From the NCBI GenBank assembly GCA_001871515.1, contig MNXW01000314.1, positions 1 to 53,774 on the forward strand: a DNA stretch of 53,774 nucleotides, written 5' to 3'. Shown piece by piece: positions 9,226 to 18,521 of the stretch. The notes beneath the pieces were generated by a model. That model had not been told where the DNA came from. It worked only from the letters and a program-made list of their open reading frames with translations, and did no database searches. Source of the stretch: Comamonadaceae bacterium CG2_30_57_122 (GTDB lineage Bacteria > Pseudomonadota > Gammaproteobacteria > Burkholderiales > Burkholderiaceae_C). The first letter of the stretch is position 1. Every line of letters starts with the position of its first letter. The position numbers were made by a program, and so were the translations under genes.

Positions 9226-11178
9226 ATATGAAATCTGGGCACGCAAAATGGCCGCCCGCAGTGCGTCAAACTGCACTGGTTTGAGGATGTAGTCCGACGC
9301 ACCGGCCTCCAGCGCGGCTTGGCGTTCCTCTTGCATGGCACCCGCCGACACGCCAATGATGGACGCCTTGAACCCTTTTTGCCGCAGGATGCGGGTGGCT
9401 TGCAGGCCGTCCATCACCGGCATCTGGCTGTCCATCAGCACCAGGTCAAACGGCGGGTTGGCCGCATCCACCGCATCCACCGCTTGCTGCCCATTTTCAG
9501 CCACGCCAGCGCAGCGCAGCCCCAACCGTTGCAGCATGTTGGTCATCACCAGGCGGTTGACCGCATTGTCTTCAACCAGCAAGATGCGGGTGGCGGGGTT
9601 GAGCTCGGTAGGCGTAGGCGCTGGTGTGGCGTTGGGGTCAGGCAAGGCCTTATTTGCAGACGCTGCCAAGGGCAACGCATCAACCACACCCATGCGCACG
9701 GTGAACCAAAATTCAGAGCCTTGCCCAGCCGTGCTTTTGACACCAATGGCGCCGCCCATCATTTCGGCCAGACGTTTGCAAATCGCCAGCCCCAGGCCGG
9801 TGCCGCCGTACTTGCGGGTGATGGTGTTGTCGGCCTGCTCAAAACTGCGAAACAGCCGCCCGGCTTGCTCGGGTGTGAGGCCAATGCCGGTGTCGTTGAC
9901 TGAAAAACGCAGCAGAACCGTCTTGGCAGGTGCCGCCAAGTCATCGGGCGCGCGGCTGACCTGCACGGTGATCTGGCCATGCTCTGTGAACTTGAACGCA
10001 TTGCCCACCAGGTTGAACAGAATTTGACGCACCCGAACCACGTCGCCACTCAAGGTTTGGGGCAGGCCAGCATCGGCTTTGCAGGTAAAACCTGGGCCAT
10101 CGTCACGCAGGCGAAAGCGAAACAGCTCGGTGATGTCGGTCAGCAGGGTGTCCAGGGTGAATTCAGTGGCTTCCAGCTGCAGCTTGCCAGCTTCAATTTT
10201 GGAGAAATCCAGGATGTCGTTCAGAATTGACAGCAGGGTCTGACCGCTGGACTGGATCACCCGCAGATAGTTGGCCTGCACCGGGTTGAGCTCAGTGCGT
10301 GCCAGGATGTCGGCCACACCCAACACGCCGTTCATGGGGGTGCGAATTTCATGCGACATCATGGCCAAAAAGTCGCCTTTGGCGGCAGCGGCTAGCTTGG
10401 CTGCATCACGCGCGGCAATCAGCTCTTGCTGGTGGCGGTGGCGCTGGGTGACATCGCGGTAGGAGTAGACACGGCCAATCACCTCATTGGCATCGGTGGC
10501 GGTGCGCACCGCGCATTCAATCACCCGGCTGTCGCGCAGGTAAACCGTCTCGGTGCCTTCGCCACCCTTGGCATCGACCCGTGCTTGTGAGGCCTCCCCA
10601 GCTACCGGTTCGCCGCGCAGGCACTGCGTTTGCAGGTGCGCCAGAATGGCCGCGTCGTCATGGCGCTCCAGCATGTCTTGCGGCAGTTGCCACATGTCAG
10701 AGAACTGCTGGTTCATGTTGATGATGTTGCCTTCTTGGTCCAGCAGCAGCACGCCATCGGCCGTGGCTTCCAGGGTGGCGCGCAGGCGTGAACCCATTTT
10801 GGACAGGTCTTCTTCAATGCGGTTCTGGCTTGACAGTGGCGTGGCGCGCCAGGTGTACACCAGCGGCTCCTGGCTGATGCGGCGCACGGTTTTGGACACC
10901 TGCAGCACGCTGCCGTCCACGCACCGCAGGGCACTTTCCACGTCCACGGCAACATCACGTTGGCGCATGTCGTCCCAAAAAAACATGTCACTTAACGCGC
11001 ATTCGAGCTCGCCAATGGGTTGACCCAGCAGCTGTTCCAGCGGGTAGCCCAGCAGCTCGCTGGCGCCGGGGTTGGCAGCGGCAATGGTGAGTGCATCACC
11101 TTGCAAGACCAACAGCACTTCCTGACTGGCTTGCAGCAGCAGGGCGTTGAGATCAGCGGTGGGCAGCGTCATGACCAT
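9217..11178 (-). CDS. Cytoplasmic hybrid sensor kinase (PAS-PAS-HisKA-HATPase-REC)
   Basis: FLAMMSHEIRTPMNG, NLVGNAFKFT, GGTGLGLAI; receiver LLVEDN..LMDSQMPVMDG; no TM segment. Confidence 0.92.
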   Translation of the reverse strand: MVMTLPTADLNALLLQASQEVLLVLQGDALTIAAANPGASELLGYPLEQLLGQPIGELECALSDMFFWDDMRQRDVAVDVESALRCVDGSVLQVSKTVRRISQEPLVYTWRATPLSSQNRIEEDLSKMGSRLRATLEATADGVLLLDQEGNIINMNQQFSDMWQLPQDMLERHDDAAILAHLQTQCLRGEPVAGEASQARVDAKGGEGTETVYLRDSRVIECAVRTATDANEVIGRVYSYRDVTQRHRHQQELIAARDAAKLAAAAKGDFLAMMSHEIRTPMNGVLGVADILARTELNPVQANYLRVIQSSGQTLLSILNDILDFSKIEAGKLQLEATEFTLDTLLTDITELFRFRLRDDGPGFTCKADAGLPQTLSGDVVRVRQILFNLVGNAFKFTEHGQITVQVSRAPDDLAAPAKTVLLRFSVNDTGIGLTPEQAGRLFRSFEQADNTITRKYGGTGLGLAICKRLAEMMGGAIGVKSTAGQGSEFWFTVRMGVVDALPLAASANKALPDPNATPAPTPTELNPATRILLVEDNAVNRLVMTNMLQRLGLRCAGVAENGQQAVDAVDAANPPFDLVLMDSQMPVMDGLQATRILRQKGFKASIIGVSAGAMQEERQAALEAGASDYILKPVQFDALRAAILRAQISYKK

Positions 11179-12483
11179 TTAAGTGGGTGGGTTGGCATCG
11201 GCACCGTCAAAGAAGTAGGTGACCCGCTTGCGTGGGTTCAGGTAGGCCATGGCTTTGGGTGGCAACAAAGCCGGCGCGATGGCTTTGGTGATGGTGATCT
11301 CGGGCGTTTCTTCCAGGTTGATCACCAGGGCTTCATCTTTGGGAATGGTTTCATCAAAGACCAAAATCCAGGGGCGCAAGGGTTTTTTGGGGTTCACTGC
11401 GGTCACCGTGGCCAACATGTCGTTGGACAGGTGAACAATCGAGCCAGGGGGGTACACACCCAGGCTGCGAACCATCAGCTGCAGCGCTTTGGCATCAAAC
11501 TTGGATTTGCGCTGGGCAAAGATGAACGACAAGGCTTGGTGAGGGGTCAACGCTTTTTTGTGGTTCACCGGGTTGCACAGGTTGTCGTAATGGTTCACCA
11601 AAGACACCAGGCGAGCAGCCTCGGTCATTTGCTCGCCTTTGAGCTTGTTTGGGTAACCGCTGCCGTCAATGAATTCATGGTGCTGGTTGACGATGGCCAG
11701 CGCGCCAGGTGTCAGCCCCAGCTTGGCGGCGATTTTGCTGCCGTATTCCACGTGCATTTGGCGCAGGCTGCGCTCAGCGTGGTTGTAGTCGTCGGGGTCT
11801 TTGCCGAGCACCATGGCCGGGATGTCGATCAGGCCAATGTCGTGCACCATGGCACCAATGCCCAGGTCGCGCGCCACCACTGCGTCAAAGCCCAGGTCTT
11901 TGGCCAGCATCATCGACAAAATCGTCACGTTGAGGCTGTGAAAGTAAACCTCTTCGCCACCAACCCTGTCACCCATCACATGCAGGGTGGCCTCAGGGCT
12001 TTCCAGAAACGCGTCCATCATGTGACCCACCAGTTCACCCATGTCTAACAGCGTTTCCTGCGGTTTGGCCAGCAGGTTGCGGTTGAGGTTTTTCATGGTG
12101 GAAACCGCTTTGCCAAAGGCGCGTTCCACATTGGCAATGGCTTGCTGGCGCTGGGCAATCACCCGTTTGCGTGCTTGCGTTGCACGTTGCGCGTCGCTGG
12201 CAACGGCGTGTGTTTGGGCTGGTTCGTCGCGCGGCGCGGCAGAGGGCGCGGGTTGGGTGATCAGAGATTGCAAGGCTTCAGGGTCGCTGCGCGTAGGATC
12301 GATGCGGTAGTGCTTTAGGCGCAAGTCACGCAGCTCACGCACCTGCAAGTCACTTCTGATCTTGAAATTGTTGAGCGTGAAATTGTGCCTGAACCAAGGC
12401 AAGTCCAGCATCACATACAAGCCCGGGCGCAGGTGGTCTGGGTCAATATACAAAGCTTCGGCAACAGGTGACGTGACGGGCAT
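11179..12483 (-). CDS. HD-GYP domain protein with DUF3391-like N-terminus
   Basis: LRPGLYV..LPWFRHNF N-terminus; HDIG, HHEFIDGSGYP, LGVYPPGS. Confidence 0.88.
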   Translation of the reverse strand: MPVTSPVAEALYIDPDHLRPGLYVMLDLPWFRHNFTLNNFKIRSDLQVRELRDLRLKHYRIDPTRSDPEALQSLITQPAPSAAPRDEPAQTHAVASDAQRATQARKRVIAQRQQAIANVERAFGKAVSTMKNLNRNLLAKPQETLLDMGELVGHMMDAFLESPEATLHVMGDRVGGEEVYFHSLNVTILSMMLAKDLGFDAVVARDLGIGAMVHDIGLIDIPAMVLGKDPDDYNHAERSLRQMHVEYGSKIAAKLGLTPGALAIVNQHHEFIDGSGYPNKLKGEQMTEAARLVSLVNHYDNLCNPVNHKKALTPHQALSFIFAQRKSKFDAKALQLMVRSLGVYPPGSIVHLSNDMLATVTAVNPKKPLRPWILVFDETIPKDEALVINLEETPEITITKAIAPALLPPKAMAYLNPRKRVTYFFDGADANPPT

Positions 12484-12540
12484 GGAATGGCTGTGAAGGT
12501 GCTTGCGTAAATGCAGATTCTCACACAGCGCCTGTGCCGC

Positions 12541-12567
12541 AAAAAAAAGCCACCCAAAGGTGGCTTG
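12541..12567 (-). terminator. Intrinsic terminator
   Basis: Minus strand AAGCCACC-TTTG-GGTGGCTT running into a T8 tract. Confidence 0.8.
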
Positions 12568-12668
12568 TAAAAGTTCCCCAAGGGGAACGTCGTTGGAAAC
12601 TTTTTGCGCTTGAACTGAATAAAACCATCCAAACCGATTCTCTTTGCTTCAAGACTGTGACAGCAGCT
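12541..12668 (-). ncRNA. Candidate small RNA or leader RNA
   Basis: -10-like TACAGT (12681-12676), ~125 nt with a GTTCCCC/GGGGAAC hairpin, then a terminator; no convincing ORF. Confidence 0.35.
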
Positions 12669-12764
12669 AAAGAGTACTGTAGCGGTCAACATTGAACTTG
12701 GGTATCCCCCATTTGGGGGATTTTGAAGACTATGTTTTCCAAAAACAACGGGTTTTGAGCTGTC

Positions 12765-14129
12765 TCAAGCTTTTTCGGACGGGCTCAAAGGCAATTCAAT
12801 GACAAAACAGGCGCCACCATCGGGTTGGTTTTCGCAAAACGCACGCCCGCCATGGCGCTGTGCAATGGACTTCACCAAGGCAAGGCCTAAGCCTACCCCG
12901 CCATCGCGCTCGGTGGCGCCGGGCAAGCGGTAAAACGGCTCGAAGATGCGCTCCTGCAATTCGGGCGGTACGCCAGGCCCATGGTCAGCGACGCGGATCA
13001 CCGCATGTTGCGCGGTGTGGCTCAAGCTCAGGCTGATCTGGCCTGCGCCGTAGCGACGGGCGTTTTCCAGCAAGTTGCGCACCGCACGGCGCAGCAGCTT
13101 GGCCACGCCAAGGACGGTCAGTTCGGTGGCCACGGTCTGCAGGCCATCGGTTGACGGGTTGGCTTGCAGCTCCAGTTCGGCATCGACGCGGGCGCACTCT
13201 TCGGCGGCCATTCCGATCAGCTCCACCGACTCGATGCTGCCCAGGTCGGCCTCGCGGGCATCGAGCCGGCTGGCCAGCAGGATTTCTTCGATCAGCGCGT
13301 CAAGCTCGCTGATGTTGCGCGAGATTTCGTCTCGAAACGCCGGCGTGGCCGAAGCGCCCATCAGCTCCAGCCCCATGCGGATGCGCGTCAGCGGTGAGCG
13401 CAGCTCGTGCGATGCATTGGCCAGCAGGGACTTTTGCGAGGCCAGCAGCGCCTCACGCGACTGCACCAGGGCTTGCACCCGCTCGGCGGCCTGGTTGAAG
13501 CGTTTGGCCAGAAAAGCCACTTCGTCCTGGCCGTTTTCTGGCACGCGAATCGACAAGTCACCCTCGCCCCACTGCTGCACGCCATTTTGCAGCCGCTCGA
13601 GTCGGCGTGTGAGCGTGCGCACGATCGGGTAGGTGGCCAACGCCACGGCCAAGCCCACCCACACCAGCATCCAGGCAAAACCAAACGGCGGCCGACTCCA
13701 GATGGAAGGCGGTGCGCGCATCAGGTGCATGCGCATGGTTTGGCCATTGTGCATGCGCAGCTCGAATTCTGGCGCTCCAGGGGGGGGCGTGCGCTCGGCC
13801 ACGTCAGTGCGTTCGCCTGTCGGCAGGGTGTCTGCAGGTTCTGGCGTGCCGCTGTTTGGCGATGGGGCTTGTGCGGATGCGCCAGATGCTGGTTCGCTTA
13901 GCGTAGCTTGTCGCTGGGCGCGGCGCAACATGCGGGCATGCCGCTCTTCTTCGGTGAAGGGCAGGCGGGCGCTTCCGCGGCCAATCACTTGCCCGGCCTC
14001 GTTGCGCAGCACCACGTCGCGCAGCGGTGGCTCGGCGGCCAGCCGCCAGACCCAGCCAACCAGCAGGGTGAGCACGGCCACGGCCAGCACCACCGCCAGC
14101 CAGATACGCACATAGAGTTTGTGGAACAT
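12765..14129 (-). CDS. Sensor histidine kinase with HAMP (CpxA/RstB-like)
   Basis: Two TMs, HAMP (GQDEVAFLAKRFN), LLANASHELRSPL, NLLENARRY, GGVGLGLAL; ATG 14129 preceded by GGAGG. Confidence 0.92.
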   Translation of the reverse strand: MFHKLYVRIWLAVVLAVAVLTLLVGWVWRLAAEPPLRDVVLRNEAGQVIGRGSARLPFTEEERHARMLRRAQRQATLSEPASGASAQAPSPNSGTPEPADTLPTGERTDVAERTPPPGAPEFELRMHNGQTMRMHLMRAPPSIWSRPPFGFAWMLVWVGLAVALATYPIVRTLTRRLERLQNGVQQWGEGDLSIRVPENGQDEVAFLAKRFNQAAERVQALVQSREALLASQKSLLANASHELRSPLTRIRMGLELMGASATPAFRDEISRNISELDALIEEILLASRLDAREADLGSIESVELIGMAAEECARVDAELELQANPSTDGLQTVATELTVLGVAKLLRRAVRNLLENARRYGAGQISLSLSHTAQHAVIRVADHGPGVPPELQERIFEPFYRLPGATERDGGVGLGLALVKSIAQRHGGRAFCENQPDGGACFVIELPLSPSEKA

Positions 14130-14197
14130 AGACAGCCTCCAATCAGTTGAGGACAGCGCAAATTTGCTGCGCAAATTTTGGTCTGTTCCGCAAGGTC

Positions 14198-14905
14198 TCA
14201 ATCTTGCTGCCTGGCAAACACATAGCCCACACCGCGCACCGTCAGGATGCGTTTGGGGCTTTTGGCATCGACCTCAATGGCGGCGCGAATGCGACCCATG
14301 TGCACGTCAATCGAGCGGTCAAAGGCTTCGAGTTCGCGACCACGCACCGCCTCCATGATCTGATCCCGGCTGAGCACCCGCCCGGCGCGCTCGGCCAGCG
14401 CCACCAGCAGGTCAAATTGGTAAGAGGTCAGGTCACAGGTTTGGCCCGAGACGCTGACCAGCCGGGCATCGCGGTCAATCTCCAGCGCGCCAAAACGCAG
14501 CACGGTGCTGGCTTGTGGGTTGGCGCCTTCGCCTTGGCGGCGCAGCACGGCGCGGATGCGCGCCAGCAGTTCACGCGGCTCAAAGGGCTTGGGCAAATAA
14601 TCGTCCGCCCCCATTTCCAGGCCAATGATGCGGTCCATGGGGTCGCCCTTGGCGGTGAGCATCAACACTGGCGTGCGCGCCAGGTTGCCCGGCAGCGCGC
14701 GGATGCGCCGGCACACTTCCAGGCCATCCATGTCGGGCAGCATCAGGTCCAGAATGACCAGATCGGCGGGTGTGGCCTGCAGTTGACTGAGCCCACTTTG
14801 TGCGTCACCGGCAAGCGACACCTGGTAGCCGGACTGACCCAGGTAAGCGCTGACCATGCTGGCCAGGCGGGCGTCGTCTTCAATCATCAGCAGCTGTTGG
14901 TTCAT
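14198..14905 (-). CDS. OmpR-family response regulator (CpxR-like)
   Basis: IEDD, LDLMLP, GADDYLPKPF, DRSIDVHMGRIR, TVRGVGY. Confidence 0.92.
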   Translation of the reverse strand: MNQQLLMIEDDARLASMVSAYLGQSGYQVSLAGDAQSGLSQLQATPADLVILDLMLPDMDGLEVCRRIRALPGNLARTPVLMLTAKGDPMDRIIGLEMGADDYLPKPFEPRELLARIRAVLRRQGEGANPQASTVLRFGALEIDRDARLVSVSGQTCDLTSYQFDLLVALAERAGRVLSRDQIMEAVRGRELEAFDRSIDVHMGRIRAAIEVDAKSPKRILTVRGVGYVFARQQD

Positions 14906-14949
14906 ACGCGAAGTCTAGTGCGCTGGCACAACGCTGCTTTGTAGCGAGC

Positions 14950-14964
14950 GTAAAGTTTGGTAAA
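14950..14964 (+). promoter_or_regulatory. CpxR-type box
   Basis: Exact GTAAA-N5-GTAAA about 45 bp upstream of the regulator start. Confidence 0.6.
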
Positions 14965-14991
14965 CCCAGACCAGCGGTAGCAACGCGAATA

Positions 14992-15125
14992 GCTATTTAA
15001 TCAATAGCTGGTTGCGCTTATGTAGCAAGGGCTAGAGGCTCATTGAGCATATAAAAACCAAATGACTATTAAATAAATAGCTGCTCGCGCTTATTCCATA
15101 AGGGCTAGAGGCCTATTTTGCCTTG
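14992..15125. repeat. Two tandem TAGC/GCTAG hairpin repeat copies
   Basis: ATAGCTGGTTGCGCTTATGTAGCAAGGGCTAGAGGC and ATAGCTGCTCGCGCTTATTCCATAAGGGCTAGAGGCCTATTT; the second overlaps the ampG 3' end. Confidence 0.75.
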
Positions 15126-16410
15126 AAGTTAACCAAACCAGCAGCAACACAGGCACACCGAGCATGGCGGTGGCGACAAAGAAGTTGGCGTAGCCAAAAG
15201 CATCGACATAACGCCCCGAGTAACCCGCCAGAAATTTGGGCAGCAACAGCATCATGGAGCTAAACAGCGCGTATTGCGTGGCCGAATAGTTCACATTGGT
15301 CAGGCTTGAGAGGTAGGCAATGAAGGCCGCAGAGGCAATGCCGCTGGACAGGTTGTCGGCCGAGATGACGAAGATCAGGCCGTTGAGGTCATGGCCGTGC
15401 GTGCTCAACACCGCAAACAGCAGGTTGCTGGCGGCGCTCAACACCGCACCCAGCATCAGCACGCGCATCACGCCCAGGCGCATGGCCAGCACACCGCCAA
15501 TGAATGCGCCTACCAGCGTCATGATCACGCCAAACACCTTGGTGACGGCGGCCACCTCGTCTTTGCTGTAGCCCATGTCCACATAAAACGGGTTGGCCAT
15601 GATGCCCATCACCACGTCGCTGATACGGTAGGTGGCAATCAAGGCCAGGATCAGCACCGCTTGCCAGCGGTAGCGAGTTAGAAAATCGGCAAAGGGCTCG
15701 ACCAAAGCCCCGCGCAACCAATCGAGTGCGTTTTTGGTCTCTGGCTGGCTGCGCTGCAGGGGTTCATGGGAGAGCAGCACTGTCAACACCCCGGGCAACA
15801 TGCTCGCGGCCATGACCAGGTAGGCGCTGTGCCAGGCACCGTGCTGGTAGCCCACGGCCCCTGCCGTTTCTGCGCGCGCGGCCAGCCACAGGGCCCCAGC
15901 TCCGGCCCATATCATGGCCAGTCGGTAACCGGTTTGGTAAGTGGCAGCCAGTGCGGCCTGGCGATCCGCATCGGCCGACTCGATGCGAAACGCGTCCAGT
16001 GCAATGTCTTGCGTGGCCGAGCCAAAGGCCACCGCCAGCGCGCCCCACACCACCGGCAGCAGCGCCACTTGGGGGTCGTTGAATGACATGGCCACCAGGC
16101 CCAGCATGATGGCGGCCTGCGACAGCAGCAGCCAGCTGCGCCGGCGTCCGAGCAGCCGGGTCAGCAAGGGAATGGGCAAGCGGTCTACCAGCGGAGCCCA
16201 GAGCCATTTGAAGGCGTAGGCCAGCCCCACCCAACTGAGGTAACCAATGGTGGTGCGGTCAATGCCGGCCTCGCGCAGCCAGAAACTCAGCGTGCCCAGC
16301 ACCAGCAAGAGCGGCAGGCCGGCCGAGAAGCCCAGGGACAGCATGCGCAGGCTGGCGGGTTCAAGGTAGACCCGCAGGCTGTTGGTCCAGGATGTTTTAC
16401 TGACGGACAT
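15091..16410 (-). CDS. ampG: AmpG-family muropeptide MFS transporter
   Basis: LGFSAGLPLLL, FKWLWAPLVD, LGRRRSW, SATQDIALDAFRIE, SATQYALFSS. Confidence 0.93.
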   Translation of the reverse strand: MSVSKTSWTNSLRVYLEPASLRMLSLGFSAGLPLLLVLGTLSFWLREAGIDRTTIGYLSWVGLAYAFKWLWAPLVDRLPIPLLTRLLGRRRSWLLLSQAAIMLGLVAMSFNDPQVALLPVVWGALAVAFGSATQDIALDAFRIESADADRQAALAATYQTGYRLAMIWAGAGALWLAARAETAGAVGYQHGAWHSAYLVMAASMLPGVLTVLLSHEPLQRSQPETKNALDWLRGALVEPFADFLTRYRWQAVLILALIATYRISDVVMGIMANPFYVDMGYSKDEVAAVTKVFGVIMTLVGAFIGGVLAMRLGVMRVLMLGAVLSAASNLLFAVLSTHGHDLNGLIFVISADNLSSGIASAAFIAYLSSLTNVNYSATQYALFSSMMLLLPKFLAGYSGRYVDAFGYANFFVATAMLGVPVLLLVWLTSRQNRPLALME

Positions 16411-18302
16411 CAGGGGCTGAAAGTGGCCTGGTACTCATAGTTACCAGGCTTTAGTGATTCAAAAATAACGCTGACCCGGTAGTTATCGATTTTTTTCACG
16501 ATCGGTTTGTCGAAGCCAATTTTGGCGGATTCCACTTTGGGCAATATGCCGCGTTGTGGCAACAGGAGGGTGAAGCTGGCTCCTGCGACAGGTTCGTTGC
16601 CGGTGACGGTGATATTGATGAGCAGGCGTTTGCCCGAATAGCTTGAAGAGAGTTTGATGCGATCGCGTTGTCGCCACCACTTGGCCACCTGACCGGTGGA
16701 TGCCAGCCAGACGGTGGCATTTTGCTGTTTCAAATGCACCAGCAGACCGGGCATGGCTTTGACCAGGATGCTGTCCGCGCCAAAATTCTGGCTGTGGATG
16801 CTCAGCACACCCAGAGCTCCGCTATCGCGCACCTGGTTGGCATCGTCAATCAGGGCTTGGGTGGTTTGCTCGGGACTGAGTTTTTCCCAGAACAGGTTGA
16901 TGTCGTCGCGTTGGGTTCTGGGTAACACCACCAGCGCGTCTTTGTTGGCCAAGCCCTCTTGCTTGGCAATCAGGGGCAGGCGGGACTCGGAGCGGTTGGG
17001 GTCGGCTGTGTGATGCCTGATGCCCGCTTGTTGCAAAACCATTTCAGTGGTGCTGTCATAACCCTCGGTAGGCGCGCGAAAACCGGTGATCGCCTGCGTG
17101 CCGCCAAGCACCGAAGCCATTTCAGAACGCATGTTTTGCACCCGTCGTGTTTGCTCGGCTGCAGTCTGGTCTTTGAAACTGGTGTGAATGTCACCGTGGT
17201 AACCAACTTCAGATTCCAGGTTCAAACGCGTCAAAATGTCCGGGAAAGTCTTGCCCACTGAAGTCAAGACATAAAAAGACGTGGGGTAGTCCACGGCTTG
17301 CATCATGGACAGAAATGGCAGCGCATTGGGGAATCCCTGCTCGGTGTCCATCTCTATGGTTTGCGCGGCCAGTTTGCCTTGCGGCCAGGAGGCCAGCACC
17401 ACAGCAGGTTCGCGGCGCAACCAGGCTAGGGTGTCGTCAATCAGGCCATAGGCCAGCAAGGGATGCGACTCCCACACGGTTTCGGCAAAAGCAAAGGCAA
17501 CCACACGCCCAACTTCGGGTCGGGTTTCGTTAAAAACCACTGCACCCTCGGTGCGCCGTTCATCGTCGGTGATGCGCGTCCAGTTCATGAACCGCGCGGC
17601 GACCATCTCCCCTTTGAATCGCAATAAGCGTTCGGTCGTTTTTGACAAACCCAAGCGCATTCCCGCAGGGTGTGTGTGTGACACTGGAGACTCGCCATTG
17701 AGGATCAAGTTGTTGACTTCGACCTCGGGCGCGATCTCGCCGAGCATTTGCACGCCCAGGGTGTTTAAAAATGTCCAACCCTGCCAGTCCCCGTTTTCGC
17801 TTCGGCTACCTGTGGCCCAGGTGCTCAGGATGGCACCACCTCGATCCCGAAAAGACAAAATTTCAGCACGTTCTTCGGTGCTGAGTGACAACGCAGAAGG
17901 CAGAATCAATACGCCTTCTTTTTGTTGCCTCAAGTCAGCCACGTCAGCAATTTCATTGAAGCCGAGTTTGCGATCTGCAAAATAGCCGCGCCACGGCACC
18001 AGCAGGGTTTCGTAATTGCCACCAATGCCAGCCAGGTAACGTTTGGTGTTGGCGGAGGCGTATAGCATGACCTTTTGACTGCTGGGTGCCATGAAGCTGA
18101 TGACTCCGTTGGCACTAAATACCGGCGTGCGCCAACCCAGGGTTTGCATGACTGCGATGTAAACCAGTATGGATATCGCCACGCTCAATACAAAAAGGGT
18201 TGGTAAATAAGGGCCAACCATATTAAAGAAGGAACGGCCGCTGCGTTCTTCAATTTTGGGGGTGCGTTGTAGCATGGTTGGCATGGTGAATGCGCTCGTC
18301 AT
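16410..18302 (-). CDS. Membrane-anchored CE4/NodB-like polysaccharide deacetylase, paralog A
   Basis: N-terminal TM; GATase/beta-galactosidase-trimerisation-like middle domain; MDTE, GYHGDIH, GFRAP, SIHSQ motifs. Confidence 0.8.
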   Translation of the reverse strand: MTSAFTMPTMLQRTPKIEERSGRSFFNMVGPYLPTLFVLSVAISILVYIAVMQTLGWRTPVFSANGVISFMAPSSQKVMLYASANTKRYLAGIGGNYETLLVPWRGYFADRKLGFNEIADVADLRQQKEGVLILPSALSLSTEERAEILSFRDRGGAILSTWATGSRSENGDWQGWTFLNTLGVQMLGEIAPEVEVNNLILNGESPVSHTHPAGMRLGLSKTTERLLRFKGEMVAARFMNWTRITDDERRTEGAVVFNETRPEVGRVVAFAFAETVWESHPLLAYGLIDDTLAWLRREPAVVLASWPQGKLAAQTIEMDTEQGFPNALPFLSMMQAVDYPTSFYVLTSVGKTFPDILTRLNLESEVGYHGDIHTSFKDQTAAEQTRRVQNMRSEMASVLGGTQAITGFRAPTEGYDSTTEMVLQQAGIRHHTADPNRSESRLPLIAKQEGLANKDALVVLPRTQRDDINLFWEKLSPEQTTQALIDDANQVRDSGALGVLSIHSQNFGADSILVKAMPGLLVHLKQQNATVWLASTGQVAKWWRQRDRIKLSSSYSGKRLLINITVTGNEPVAGASFTLLLPQRGILPKVESAKIGFDKPIVKKIDNYRVSVIFESLKPGNYEYQATFSP

Positions 18303-18520
18303 GTGGCATCGGGGTTGGGCGCTGGCGAAGTTTGCGGCGTGTAGCGGGTGAGAAAAATGGGCATTCTTGAGGTGTTGCCCTCCATGGTGTCATCATCCCT
18401 TTTTGCGCTGGGTTTTCGACGATCCCGAATTTTGAAAGCTGCATAGGCACCCAAACCGATCACCATGGTGCCAATGGTGGTGACCAGAATCACGGTAGCC
18501 AGAATTGAGATGAGATCCAT
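18299..18520 (-). CDS. Small single-TM membrane protein, possible synthase accessory subunit
   Basis: 73 aa; hydrophobic N-terminus then basic KIRDRRK; begins 1 bp after the GT2 stop and has an ATGA overlap with the next gene. Confidence 0.75.
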   Translation of the reverse strand: MDLISILATVILVTTIGTMVIGLGAYAAFKIRDRRKPSAKRDDDTMEGNTSRMPIFLTRYTPQTSPAPNPDAT

Positions 18521-18521
18521 G

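Noticed and set aside
14131-14190. GACAGCCTCC matching the MITE A end, plus a GCGCAAATTT duplication
   Set aside because: Explained as the GGAGG ribosome-binding site of the kinase; too short to call an element
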